A stretch of DNA of 32,000 nt, taken from Wallemia ichthyophaga EXF-994. Lineage: Eukaryota > Fungi > Basidiomycota. The stretch lies in assembly GCF_000400465.1 (NCBI RefSeq), contig NW_008806293.1, forward strand, positions 154,280-186,279. The letters are read 5' to 3'. A model generated the notes under the pieces. That model saw nothing but the letters and a program-made list of their open reading frames with translations. It was not told the origin of the DNA and ran no database searches. The position numbers and the translations under genes were made by a program. Shown here piece by piece: positions 1 to 9,671 of the stretch (the first letter of the stretch is position 1; the number at the start of each line of letters is the position of its first letter).

Positions 1-2
1 GC

Positions 3-233
3 CTAAATGCCACTGTCGACGCGTGCAAATTATTCTGGAAGACGAGCAAGGAGGAGCCCTTCCACGACAATCGAATGGGCAAGATACCGAGACTGTCGTA
101 CCCTGGTTGGATCCTCGATGAGTTCGAGAAGTTGCTCATGCACGGCATCGCCTCCTTTCTCGCTGATTCTCCAAGACGTTTCTTCTCCGATTGGCATATA
201 GGATATATCGAGCGCGTGGGCGTGCCTAAATAA
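3..233 (+). CDS. 3' end of a gene entering from the left edge; product unknown (...LFWKTSKEEPFHDNRMGKIPRLSYPGWILDEFEKLLMHGIASFLADSPRRFFSDWHIGYIERVGVPK*)
   Basis: Frame starting at nt 3 is open from the window edge to TAA 231-233, has protein-like composition and is followed by AT-rich UTR-like sequence. It is absent from the ORF track because there is no early start codon. Confidence 0.6.
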   Translation, partial: LNATVDACKLFWKTSKEEPFHDNRMGKIPRLSYPGWILDEFEKLLMHGIASFLADSPRRFFSDWHIGYIERVGVPK

Positions 234-727
234 GACAAGGCACTTAAGTGGCATTCAATTGGCGTTTTAAATAGCATTGCACATCATCAAAACATCATTC
301 CCAATCATACACTCAACATAGATACTCAATTATGGAGACGAATCTCTCGCTTTTCTCTACACATCGCAGTCATTGTATTCATTCATCATGTTTTATTATG
401 TCAGTGTCTTGGTTTTTAAAAATTCTTTGTGGGTATCGTACGATGACTCAGTCCACGAATTTGAGTTTCTTCGCGCTATCCGCCTGCAGGTGACTCCGTT
501 TGTGAAAACTTTCTTGTCTGCAAGCAGGGCGAAGTGTATAATTTCCATAAAGCTTATATTTGCGCTCGTGCAAGCTGCACAAGTCTTTAAAGATCTGACT
601 TATTTGTCTTCAATTCAGGTGGTCGTAGCAGAGAAATGGTACTATAATCATGTCGAAGGATGTTAGACGTACACGTGCACCCTCACGCACTCCCATGCGC
701 TCCCAGCAAACGTCTAAACTTAGCGCA

Positions 728-748
728 TTACGTCATCAGCTATAAAAG
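728..748 (+). promoter_or_regulatory. CRE-like element (TTACGTCA 728-735) directly upstream of a TATA box (TATAAAAG 741-748)
   Basis: Direct motif matches about 40-60 nt upstream of the ATG at 787. Confidence 0.4.
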
Positions 749-786
749 TCATGCTTCCGCTTGGCATACGTTTTGCGATAACGACG

Positions 787-3700
787 ATGAGCCCTTCTGA
801 GGATAAGAATGAGTGCGTCATCTAAAAGCAATACCGTTCTACTTAACCCCCACCTCACAGCGTCGTTCTTGACCCGATCACACTGCACAACGTAATCGCA
901 CCAGACACAACGGCGGAGGAGTACGACTATGTGATGCACAAACTAAGCGGTAAGGATAGTGTAGCTGAAGACAAGCTCATCACAAAGCCATTCCCACCTA
1001 CGCACTCGAGCCAGGAATTCATACGCATCCACCTCCCGACGTTTATCAAGGAATTTGGTGTATACGCAGCCATTCTCTCACTTATACCCCTTCCTATACC
1101 CATCATTATCTCCCTTACAGCTGCTCTCCTTTGGCGTATTTGGATTCATATCGACAACGAAGCTGACAAGCTGGCGTACGAGCAGGAACGCCAGCGCACA
1201 CTCGAAAGCAAAGCAAGCGTCGGCGGTGTCCAGGAGAGCTGCAACTGGATGAACCAGATCCTCAATAGAGTTTGGGGGATCATCAACCCTGACCTTTTCA
1301 CTCTCGGTATCGATTTACTCGAAGACACAATGGAGTCCATGCTGCCGTCGTTCATGATGGGCTTTGTGAACGGCGTTAAGGTGAGCGATATCGATCAGGG
1401 CACTGTTCCGATGCGCGTACTCTCCATGCGCGATCTCTCAGACGCCGAGATGATGGAGACGCTCAACAACAACTCTGTCCCAAGTTTCAGTGATCAGGAG
1501 AATTCCTCCAAGAAAGACCTAAGACCTGACGAAGAGAAGGGCGAGTACGTCAATCTCGAAATTAACTTCGCTTATCGGGCCAGACCGTCTGGAGATCTAG
1601 CCACCAAGTCGCGCAACATACATATGCTCATACACTTTGTAGTAGGACTGAAAAAGATGCTCGGGGCTGTCATGCCCGTGTATGTCGAGGTGCAGGGTAT
1701 GACAGGGACTTTGAGGGCGCGCTGTCAGCTCGTACCTAACCCGCCCTTTATCAAGAACACAACTATCGCTTTCATGGGTCTGCCCAAGGTCGTCATCAGC
1801 GCCACACCCCTAACTAAACACTTCCTCAATGCCATGAAACTTCCCCTCGTGTCTCAGTTCATCAACAGCAGTATCAATGAGGCAATGAGAGATTTCTGCG
1901 CTCCAAAATCCTATACTGTTGATGTGCAGGATCTGCTTTTGGAGGACGACGTTAAGAGGGATGTCTCGGCAATTGGCGTAATTGAGGTGCGCATACATGG
2001 CGCTATCGACATTGAAAAGAGCGATACAAATGGGACGTCTGATCCTTACTGCACGATCGCTTTCAGTAAGCAGCAGAAACCGCTGTATTCGACGAGAGTC
2101 ATTGTAAATGATCTCAACCCTACGTGGGAGGAGTCGACAACTATATTGCTACGTCCTGAAATTATCAAGTCGCAAGAAGATATAACAGTGCAGCTATATG
2201 ACTCTGATAGGCTTTCAGCGTAGGTTTTTATAGCCATGAAAGGCGTGAGCGCATATCTCACACTCCAAACAGCGACGACCGTCTCGGCGAAGCCACAATG
2301 AGCATAACGAAGCTTGTCAGAAACGCTGGCAAGATGTACGAGTTGAATAGCGAGCTAGCCGGACAAGTCCACGGTACTAGACGCCAGGGTACACTCTCGT
2401 GGACCGTTGCATTTCATCCAAAGCGCGACCTCAATAAGAGTCTCATGACGGCAGGTACTGATCCCAACGTACCTGAGGACATAGCCAAGCATTACAGGGA
2501 GGAGTTCGGAGATGCCCAGATAGACAATGAGAATAGACTGGTACAGCGCATCAAGCCAGAAACGCAATTCCCATCTGGAATTCTCTCTGTACAGATACAC
2601 TCCATCGCGCAGCTGGAAGTGAAGAACGTTTTGGGGACATTCGGCACAGACGCCAAGCGCAGTGGTGCAGCTGGACAGAGTTACGTGGAGACTGAGGATG
2701 AACAATCAACTACTGCTCCTAGCAGCTACTGCACCATTATTGTCAATGATCAGACTGTCTTCCGGACGCGCAAAAAACCTTTCGCTTTCAACCCCGTCTT
2801 CAACGCTGGCACGGAGAGATTTATTGCTGATTGGAGGAGTACGATGCTTTGCGTGGCCATATACGACACGCGTTATAGAGAGGAGGACCCTATTCTTGGT
2901 GTCATACCTCTCAAGCTGTCTGAGGTGCTCAAAAATGGTTGTCAATTGACAAACAGTTATCCACTGATTGGTGGCCTAGGTGAGTGTTGTTGTATGCTAT
3001 CTTACGACATCCTAACCTAATCACCACCCAGGATACGGACGTGTGCGTCTCAGTGTGCTCTTCAGAAGCTGCGATATGCAATTAGAACGGCCTTTGCTGG
3101 GATGGGAGATTGGTACTGTACAACTGCACTCCAACATAACTGTCAAATTCGACGCAGGCAAGCATTCCAGCTACTCAAAATGCATCATCCGCACTATCTC
3201 CTCAGAAGTGAAACTGCGCAAGCGCAAGACGACAGCATCCGAGACTGTAGTGTGGAAAGTGGAGGCCGACGAACCGCCAATGCGACTACCTGTAAAGCGC
3301 CGCTATGCGAGTGCATTCAGGGTGGAGTTCTACACCCACAACACAAATGCTCTCAATAGTGGTCCTGCAGCCGTGGCAATAATATGGCTGCGCGATATCG
3401 TCGATAATGAGATGCTGCGCAATTTCCGTATGACACTTTGGGATGGTAAGGATTTCCACCGTCTCCTGCAGTGCTATACATATAATGAAGAAGATGCTGA
3501 GAAGTTGGGTCTTAAGAGGATCGGCCATATAGAGCTCGATTTGCGTTACAAATCAGGTCTTGGTAAGACACATGGTCATTTCAAGGGTAATAAGGAGAGC
3601 ATGGATGTACTCCAGGCATGGGAGGCAGCTGTTAGCTCAGGGCAGCGCAGCACGGTGGGTGACTTTATTGGCGAGTATACAGACGTGGATAGAAATAGAG

Positions 3701-4062
3701 ATCCTGCTAGTAGAGCTGTCAGGAGAGATAGTGTTGACGCGTACTCGCATCAGCCTAGCACTATTGGTACGCGCAGGACTGCGCAGACTATGTCGGGCGA
3801 TTTCGGTGAAGAATACGTTACTGACGAAGAACAAGAAAAGCAAGATGAGCAAGATATCAACAGGTCGAGCAGTGGTGAGAATCACACATCTAAACGTGCT
3901 CTCAGAAAGGCTATGCACCGCGAGCATAGAGGTAGCTACCAATATAAGCCCGTAAGAACCGCTATGTGGGCTGCTAAGGGAGTCAGACACTCACTCTCCT
4001 CCGTCAAATCGAAAACTTCGCTGCATGATCGCCGAGCCAACCAGATAGAGACGGAGGTTTGA
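787..4062 (+). CDS. SMP-domain + multiple C2-domain membrane-contact-site protein (tricalbin/extended synaptotagmin, Mug190-like); exons 787-812, 861-2219, 2273-2979, 3032-4062
   Basis: N-terminal hydrophobic hairpin, SMP start ESCNWMNQILNRVW, and C2 motifs (DTNGTSDPYC...LNPTWEE...LYDSDRLSADDRLG; NPVFNAGTERFI). Three GT-AG introns (48, 53, 52 nt) join the ORFs in frame. Confidence 0.88.
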
Positions 4063-4143
4063 TGAGCTACTTAATTCTTAAAATGCTCATCCGAATATAA
4101 ATTAGATGTATCTATATAATAATAAACTTTTACAATGCGTGCT

Positions 4144-6747
4144 TCAAGCACCCTTAACCTCCGCCAAAAGCTCTTTAAGCACCTCATACTCATTTTCATC
4201 CTCAAACGATGTCCTTGTGCGCCCAAGGAACGTCCTTAGAATGCTCTTGGCTTGGTACCTCCAATCAGGAGAGGCATCCTCTTGGTTGTTGGGGTCATTT
4301 ACGTCCGCAGGCTTATCACCAAAGTTCTGCAACACATCCACCAAATCATTGATAGCTTCTGACGCTCTCCGGAATGCTTTGAGGTCATTTTCGACAGAGT
4401 CGTCTGAGCCAACACTAGCTCTGTATGCTTTGAGATGCATGTCGATCGCGTTTCTATACTGCCCCTTCCAGAAGCAGAGTCTGGCGTAAGATTTAAAAAC
4501 GCGAGGCGATGACGATACCTTCTTGAGGAGCGAGTATTCGTAAAGTCTGTCAACAGCTCTGAGTAGACCATGACCTTCGTTTGGATTGTGCGCGACTCGA
4601 GCTCCCTCAGCGGTAGCGTCACCCTCAATAGCATCCTTTTCGTTACGTGGAGCGAGTGTGACAGCGTCAACTATCTTGTCGACAACGTCGAGTTCACTCG
4701 AGTCGTCATTCTCGCCGCAAATCTTCTCACCTCTGATATCTGCTAGTCTACCAACGGATCTAGCAGCATCAGCCAACTGACCGACGTCTATTGCGACAAT
4801 CATGAGGTTCTGCCATATACGCCAGTTATCGAAGCCGAATTTCGAACCTTGCTTGAGGGCTCTGAAAGCAAGCATTTTGTTATCGTGCGACTGTAGGGCT
4901 TGTGAGAATGCATGTCTTTCGGCGATAAATGGCTCACTCACTACTCCTTGATCGCCGAGACGGAGATAAACACTGGCAAGATTATTCCACGATTCCGCAT
5001 CGTCATCTTCCACAGCGACACATCTACCGAAAGATTCAATCGCGCTATCCCAATCCTCTACTTTAATACTAGCGCAACCGAGAATGAACCACGAGTGGTG
5101 GAAAAGGGGGTTGATAGCGACGGCGTTGCGCAACACTTCTATAGTGCATTTATAGTCACCTTTCGCAAAGTACAATCCACCGAGAGATCTCCACGCACGA
5201 CTACTCGATCCTTTCGACACCTCTAATGCCTTTTGGTAGTGCTTCTCGCAGTTGGACACGTCGAGATCTCCATACAAACACCACAACTTTGCGACACGCA
5301 TGACGTCCATTCTTGTACGTGTCTTTGAATCTACTGTTGACTTGGCGCGTGTGGTGATAGTTTGTGATTCGACGATATTTCCTTCGAGTAAACCTTTCAC
5401 TGTCTCGAGGGCATCTCCCTGTCTATCAGTACTGACGTAACAGATGATGGTGTCTTCCCACATCTCCAGCTTCTGGTAAATCTCGAGAGCTGATCTGACA
5501 ACACCCATAGCGACGAAACGCTGTGCTAGCTCTCGTTCTAACTCCCACTTAGCTGGCATTGGCATGGCGAAGAAGTACTTCAAACGCTCTACATTACTCG
5601 AGTCGGATGTCGGCATTTGATCGATTAGGGCTTGTAATTGGAGGGTGGAACGTTGGACGGTGCGGGTGCGATGGGCTTCCAATCTACTTCTCAGCAGCAA
5701 AGCCATTGTGTAAATGGACCAATTTTGATGATTCGATAGCACTCTCTGTACGAAAGCACCCATTTGCGAATTAGTGAGTCCATTCTCTGGTGCCGTGTTC
5801 TTTATATTGAGACACATGGCTAGAAGGATACATTGATCGACAGCCGACAGCTTTGGTTGATTGGTTGGGTCAATGTGGGATAAAGGAGCGGATGCGTCAA
5901 CCGTCGAGCTGAATTGAGTCTGTTCGAGGAGGGTGTCGTCGTTGAGTTGGAGGTTCTTGACTTGAGTATCGGCGTCGTTAGTGTTTTCGTGACTGTCGTG
6001 ACTGTCTTTGGACTGTGCAAGCAAAACAAGCTGGGTAATATCGCTTTGTTGGAATTTCGTACGCTTTCCGAGGGCACCAGTGAGATGAAATTTGAGTTGA
6101 TTCATGTTGGCAGCTTCTAAGAAAGTTTCCGAGGCTTCTCTGTCCCTTTCGCACATGTGATACGCGATACCGATTTCAAGAGTGAGTCTGGCTTGGAGAG
6201 GAGGGGGAAGTCTATCAGAGAATGACTGGTTGACGCCATCGAGGATGGATTGGGGGAGGGGAACGCAATCGTCGAGCAAGTGCTGCTGGGAGATTGCAGC
6301 TCTGAGTTGCCACCACTTTGCAGATCCCAATGGCAGTTCACCTTCATCGCTTTTGAGTAACTCGGCCAAAATGGCTTGGGAGATGAGGAGCAATGGCGCG
6401 TATCTGGTCAAGTGATACGCAGGTTCACCGCCAGAGCTCAGTTTGTGAATTGCAGTTGAATTTTGATAGTCATAGTCATTCCACAGGCCATTCAAGTCTG
6501 CCAAAGTGAAATCAACGTCAGGACCAGTCCAATTGACTTGAATGAAGGAATGAAGGAGTGCTACAGCAACAGCCAGCGCATCCTTCTCATCGACTGTAAC
6601 TCTAACCTTGAGATACTCCAAATCTATATCACTGAGTATCTTCTGCGCTGCATCGCCTAGCAGTACCTCCTTGAATTTTCCTTGGTTAACTAGTTGTACA
6701 AGGCCACTGCCACCTGCACCCTCGAGCAATGCCAGCTCTGAATCCAT
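4144..6747 (-). CDS. EMW1: TPR-repeat protein of the EMW1/TTC27 family, single exon, 867 aa
   Basis: Family-typical segments LTGALGKRTKFQQ, NWSIYTMALLLRSRLE and RTVQRSTLQLQALIDQ, plus a TPR array (AWRSLG, WFILGC, AESWNNLASVY, NWRIWQN). Confidence 0.85.
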   Translation of the reverse strand: MDSELALLEGAGGSGLVQLVNQGKFKEVLLGDAAQKILSDIDLEYLKVRVTVDEKDALAVAVALLHSFIQVNWTGPDVDFTLADLNGLWNDYDYQNSTAIHKLSSGGEPAYHLTRYAPLLLISQAILAELLKSDEGELPLGSAKWWQLRAAISQQHLLDDCVPLPQSILDGVNQSFSDRLPPPLQARLTLEIGIAYHMCERDREASETFLEAANMNQLKFHLTGALGKRTKFQQSDITQLVLLAQSKDSHDSHENTNDADTQVKNLQLNDDTLLEQTQFSSTVDASAPLSHIDPTNQPKLSAVDQCILLAMCLNIKNTAPENGLTNSQMGAFVQRVLSNHQNWSIYTMALLLRSRLEAHRTRTVQRSTLQLQALIDQMPTSDSSNVERLKYFFAMPMPAKWELERELAQRFVAMGVVRSALEIYQKLEMWEDTIICYVSTDRQGDALETVKGLLEGNIVESQTITTRAKSTVDSKTRTRMDVMRVAKLWCLYGDLDVSNCEKHYQKALEVSKGSSSRAWRSLGGLYFAKGDYKCTIEVLRNAVAINPLFHHSWFILGCASIKVEDWDSAIESFGRCVAVEDDDAESWNNLASVYLRLGDQGVVSEPFIAERHAFSQALQSHDNKMLAFRALKQGSKFGFDNWRIWQNLMIVAIDVGQLADAARSVGRLADIRGEKICGENDDSSELDVVDKIVDAVTLAPRNEKDAIEGDATAEGARVAHNPNEGHGLLRAVDRLYEYSLLKKVSSSPRVFKSYARLCFWKGQYRNAIDMHLKAYRASVGSDDSVENDLKAFRRASEAINDLVDVLQNFGDKPADVNDPNNQEDASPDWRYQAKSILRTFLGRTRTSFEDENEYEVLKELLAEVKGA

Positions 6748-6944
6748 TTTACAGCGTTGTTGGTGGTATTTGTTAACGTTGACTGGCTGGCTGGCTTCTC
6801 ACTCCGTAATCCCATCCGATGCAATCAACGTCGTCGATAAATTTCGGAGTTGAATTTATTCATTTGCCTGCTTTATTCTTCAGTTTAATTTCTCTAATCG
6901 CTGTCGTCGTTGGCCCGCGTAACTTTTGCTGTTTTATCACAAGC

Positions 6945-8540
6945 ATGTTTAACTGGTTATTTGGTGGTGGCGTGGACAACCCCAAGCCTTTAAGTAAAAT
7001 CAATAGAAAGCGCTGCTCAATAACCCATCAAGCAATCCCAAGTGGCACTTATCCTGGTCTGCGTAATTCCAGCGGTGTGCACTGTTTCCTCAATTCTACG
7101 ATACAGGTGTGTTTGTGTATACGCGCCTATAATCCCCTTAAATCCCTCACAGTCTCTCGCCTCTCTCACCTCACTTGAATCCTTCCTGGGCGAGCTACTC
7201 AACGAGAGCGATAAGGTAGACATATACCTTCCACTATCGGAGGCGTTGTGGGATGTTATACAGAGTGCGTTTGAGTGTTACAACCAACTCCGCCAAACTC
7301 ACGCTTCAACAGCCCTCAACACACCCAGTCGAGCAGTACACACCAACACGGCGATAATAGACGCATTCTCACTCAGCGACACTAACAACAACAACACCTC
7401 CCTCATGTCTCCCTCCAAGCGTGCCCTCTCCCTCATCCAGTCCGGGCAGCAAGACGCACAAGAGATGTTCCAGTGCATTTCCTCGCTCCTGGCTCACGAA
7501 GAAGGTCTGATAAAAGCTGCTAAATGTAAAGTACGCGGTCTGGACACTCTCACCAGCTCAGATAATACCACTTATACCACCTCATTCCCTCTGGCGGGAC
7601 TTACTGCTAGCAGACTCGCCGATCTGCGCTGCGGGTATGTAGAAGCGATACGGAATATCGCCTTTGATGCACTCTCGCTGAATTTGCCTATGCAGACTTC
7701 GTGCACCGTCGAGCAGCTGCTAGGTGAGTACACAGCGATAGAGACTATAGAAGATGCTTCGTGTAGGAGGTGCTCGCTTGAAGCTACGCTCGCGCGTCTG
7801 CGCCAAGATGTAAAGCAGCTGATGCCTGCTGACCCCAATAAAGGTTCGACATCCCGCCGCAAACGCATCAAAGAGGCTTCTAAGCAGGAGAGGCGACTTT
7901 CGACGCTCCTGAGTGAGGAGGGAGATTTACAAGAAGACGCGAGGTTGAAAGATATCAAAGTGGATAAATCAGGCGGGGGATCCACCAAGCAGATACTGAT
8001 AGCGAGGGTGAGTGTTGGAGTTTTAGCTTAGCGTGTCACAATCACACTCACACTCACACACAGCCACCGCGGATATTGGGTCTGCACATCAATCGCTCAG
8101 CCTACTTGGGGAATGGAATGGCGGTGAAGAACCCTTGCAAAATATTGTTCGGAGATACGCTCGATATAACAGCGTACACTACGACAGGCGCATTAGAAAC
8201 AGCACCGCGCAAACCCATCTCATCGCCGAGCAAAGAGATGATAGAGAGACTTACATCAACAGGCACAATCCCAAGTCGCGTTTTATACACACTCAAATCG
8301 ATTGTCGTACATTATGGTTCGCATCACTCTGGTCATTACGTGACTTATCGCAAATCTCGTTCAGATGATGATGATGAATGGTTACGTACGAGTGATTCCT
8401 CCGTTCAGATTGTTTCTCTCGCAGACGTTCTCCAACAAAATCCTTTCATGATATTCTATGAGAGGGCTGTAGATAAGAAGAAGAGCGAGAATAACACTCC
8501 TAACGCCCAAATACTGTCCACATACTCGTTGCATGACTGA
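6945..8540 (+). CDS. Ubiquitin-specific protease (peptidase C19, USP30/Ubp16-like); exons 6945-7106, 7153-8007, 8064-8540
   Basis: Cys box GLRNSSGVHCFLNSTIQ, QQDAQEMF motif, zinc-finger CxxC, His box HYGSHHSGHYVTY and downstream WLRTSD; introns of 46 and 56 nt restore the frame. Confidence 0.88.
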
Positions 8541-8552
8541 TTTGTACTACTT

Positions 8553-8574
8553 CATTTGATCACCATTTGATCAC
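8553..8574. repeat. 11-bp tandem duplication CATTTGATCAC x2 in a 3' UTR
   Basis: Direct sequence inspection. Confidence 0.8.
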
Positions 8575-8675
8575 GTTGATTTGTTGAAAGAAAGGGGGAA
8601 GGATGTGAAGATGTATGTGAAGGGCAGACTGTAACAATGAGGATCTAAAAAGTACAAAATGGGGATATAAAAAGA

Positions 8676-8766
8676 AGGAGATAATGGGGTTCGAACCCAT
8701 GACTTCCGCGGGTAACATTGTTGAAACGCTGTGAACACGGCGCTCTAACCACTGAGCTATATCTCC
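8676..8766 (-). tRNA. tRNA-Val(CAC) with an 18-nt intron at the canonical 37/38 position (intron 8729-8712)
   Basis: Full cloverleaf: acceptor GGAGATA/TATCTCC, D arm GCTC-AGTGGTTA-GAGC, anticodon stem CCGTG/CGCGG with loop TT-CAC-A|intron|C, T arm ATGGG-TTCGAAC-CCCAT. An oligo-T Pol III terminator lies just downstream. Confidence 0.88.
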
Positions 8767-8889
8767 TGTGAAAGAGGAGGTGATTCAAAATAAACAGTAT
8801 CGCCTAAATTGCAAAACGACGAAATCAACCGAAATACGGCGATTTTTATATAAAGAAAGGCACATGATACGATGCAAAAAATGAGATTT

Positions 8890-9534
8890 TTAAAAAGCTA
8901 CGTATTTGATAAGTTTTAACAAAAGAACAAGTGGGGAGAGATTGATAAGAGATTGTCCCAGTCGGGTGTGCTCGACTGACCAAGTGAGAGCAACGAGTGT
9001 GCTAACTGCGTTGTAGTGGTTGAATAGTGCAGCATAAGCGACACCCCAGAAACACCACACCATAGCATGTGGTGTGGCCCACAAGCAGGCGCACCACACG
9101 ACTGCGAATGTCCACCCGCGCATGCATGTAAGAAGAAGTAGTGTGAGTGGCAGAGCGGGGGACCTGCACTGCCATCGTGCATTGATGGCTAGGAGGAGAA
9201 GTGTGAGGTGTGGGAGGAGGTGGGCGAATTGGTATGTGAGTATGACGAGGAGGAGGAGTGCGAGTGAGGTGAGTTGTGAAAGAATTGATGGGGAGACTGT
9301 CAAAGATGCTGATACTCCCTCTCCCTTCCCTCCCTGGTCATATTCCCGCCGAAGCACTGGATCACTGAGCACCGCATACGCTTCTTGCACGGCGCGGAAA
9401 GACGCGTCCGTCGCTTGTCCCGTGCGGTCCGGGTGTAGCGCCAATGCCTGGCGACGGTAAGCGTGGCGGATGTCCCTGCTGGTGGCGGTCGTGGGCAGTG
9501 CGAGTGTGTCATAGTGGGACGGCGAATAGGGCAT
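8890..9534 (-). CDS. J-domain (DnaJ/Hsp40 class C) protein with a hydrophobic, probably multi-pass C-terminus
   Basis: HYDTL...AYRRQALALHPDR...FRAVQEAYAVLSDPVLRREYD is a complete J domain with an intact HPD motif. I take ATG 9534 as the start; the C-terminal exon structure is unverified. Confidence 0.75.
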   Translation of the reverse strand: MPYSPSHYDTLALPTTATSRDIRHAYRRQALALHPDRTGQATDASFRAVQEAYAVLSDPVLRREYDQGGKGEGVSASLTVSPSILSQLTSLALLLLVILTYQFAHLLPHLTLLLLAINARWQCRSPALPLTLLLLTCMRGWTFAVVWCACLWATPHAMVWCFWGVAYAALFNHYNAVSTLVALTWSVEHTRLGQSLINLSPLVLLLKLIKYVAF

Positions 9535-9567
9535 GGAAGGGCGAGAAGAGAGGGACACAAATGCGCG

Positions 9568-9607
9568 AAGAAAGCGCAAAGAAAGCGCAAAGAAAGCGCA
9601 AAGAAAG
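9568..9607. repeat. 11-bp tandem repeat AAGAAAGCGCA x3.6 between the AMPK-beta stop and the J-protein start
   Basis: Direct inspection: units at 9568, 9579 and 9590 plus a partial unit. Confidence 0.9.
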
Positions 9608-9671
9608 AGAGCGCATAACACAAAATTCACAATGCACAATACACATTACCCCACACACACAAAATAACACC

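Noticed and set aside
30-254. Minus-strand ORF MPLKCLV... from the track (and plus ORF 7-201)
   Set aside because: These are a shadow and an alternative frame of the more protein-like plus frame 3-233.
6-255. 9-bp inverted repeat AATGCCACT (6-14) / AGTGGCATT (247-255) resembling MITE ends
   Set aside because: Too short, no target-site duplication seen, and it overlaps a coding frame; likely chance.
373-700. Plus ORF 373-666, its antisense frame broken by TGA codons, and an intron-like element at 690-642 on the minus strand
   Set aside because: No spliced model gave a convincing protein (the obvious join yields 10 aa). The region is left unresolved rather than called.
8731-8733. Possible GTG codon reassignment caused by the odd tRNA(CAC)
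   Set aside because: GTG encodes Val at conserved sites in this window (both Val of Pol gamma VFDVE, the Val of ISVHDE, and the first Val of NoxB AVLVGAG).
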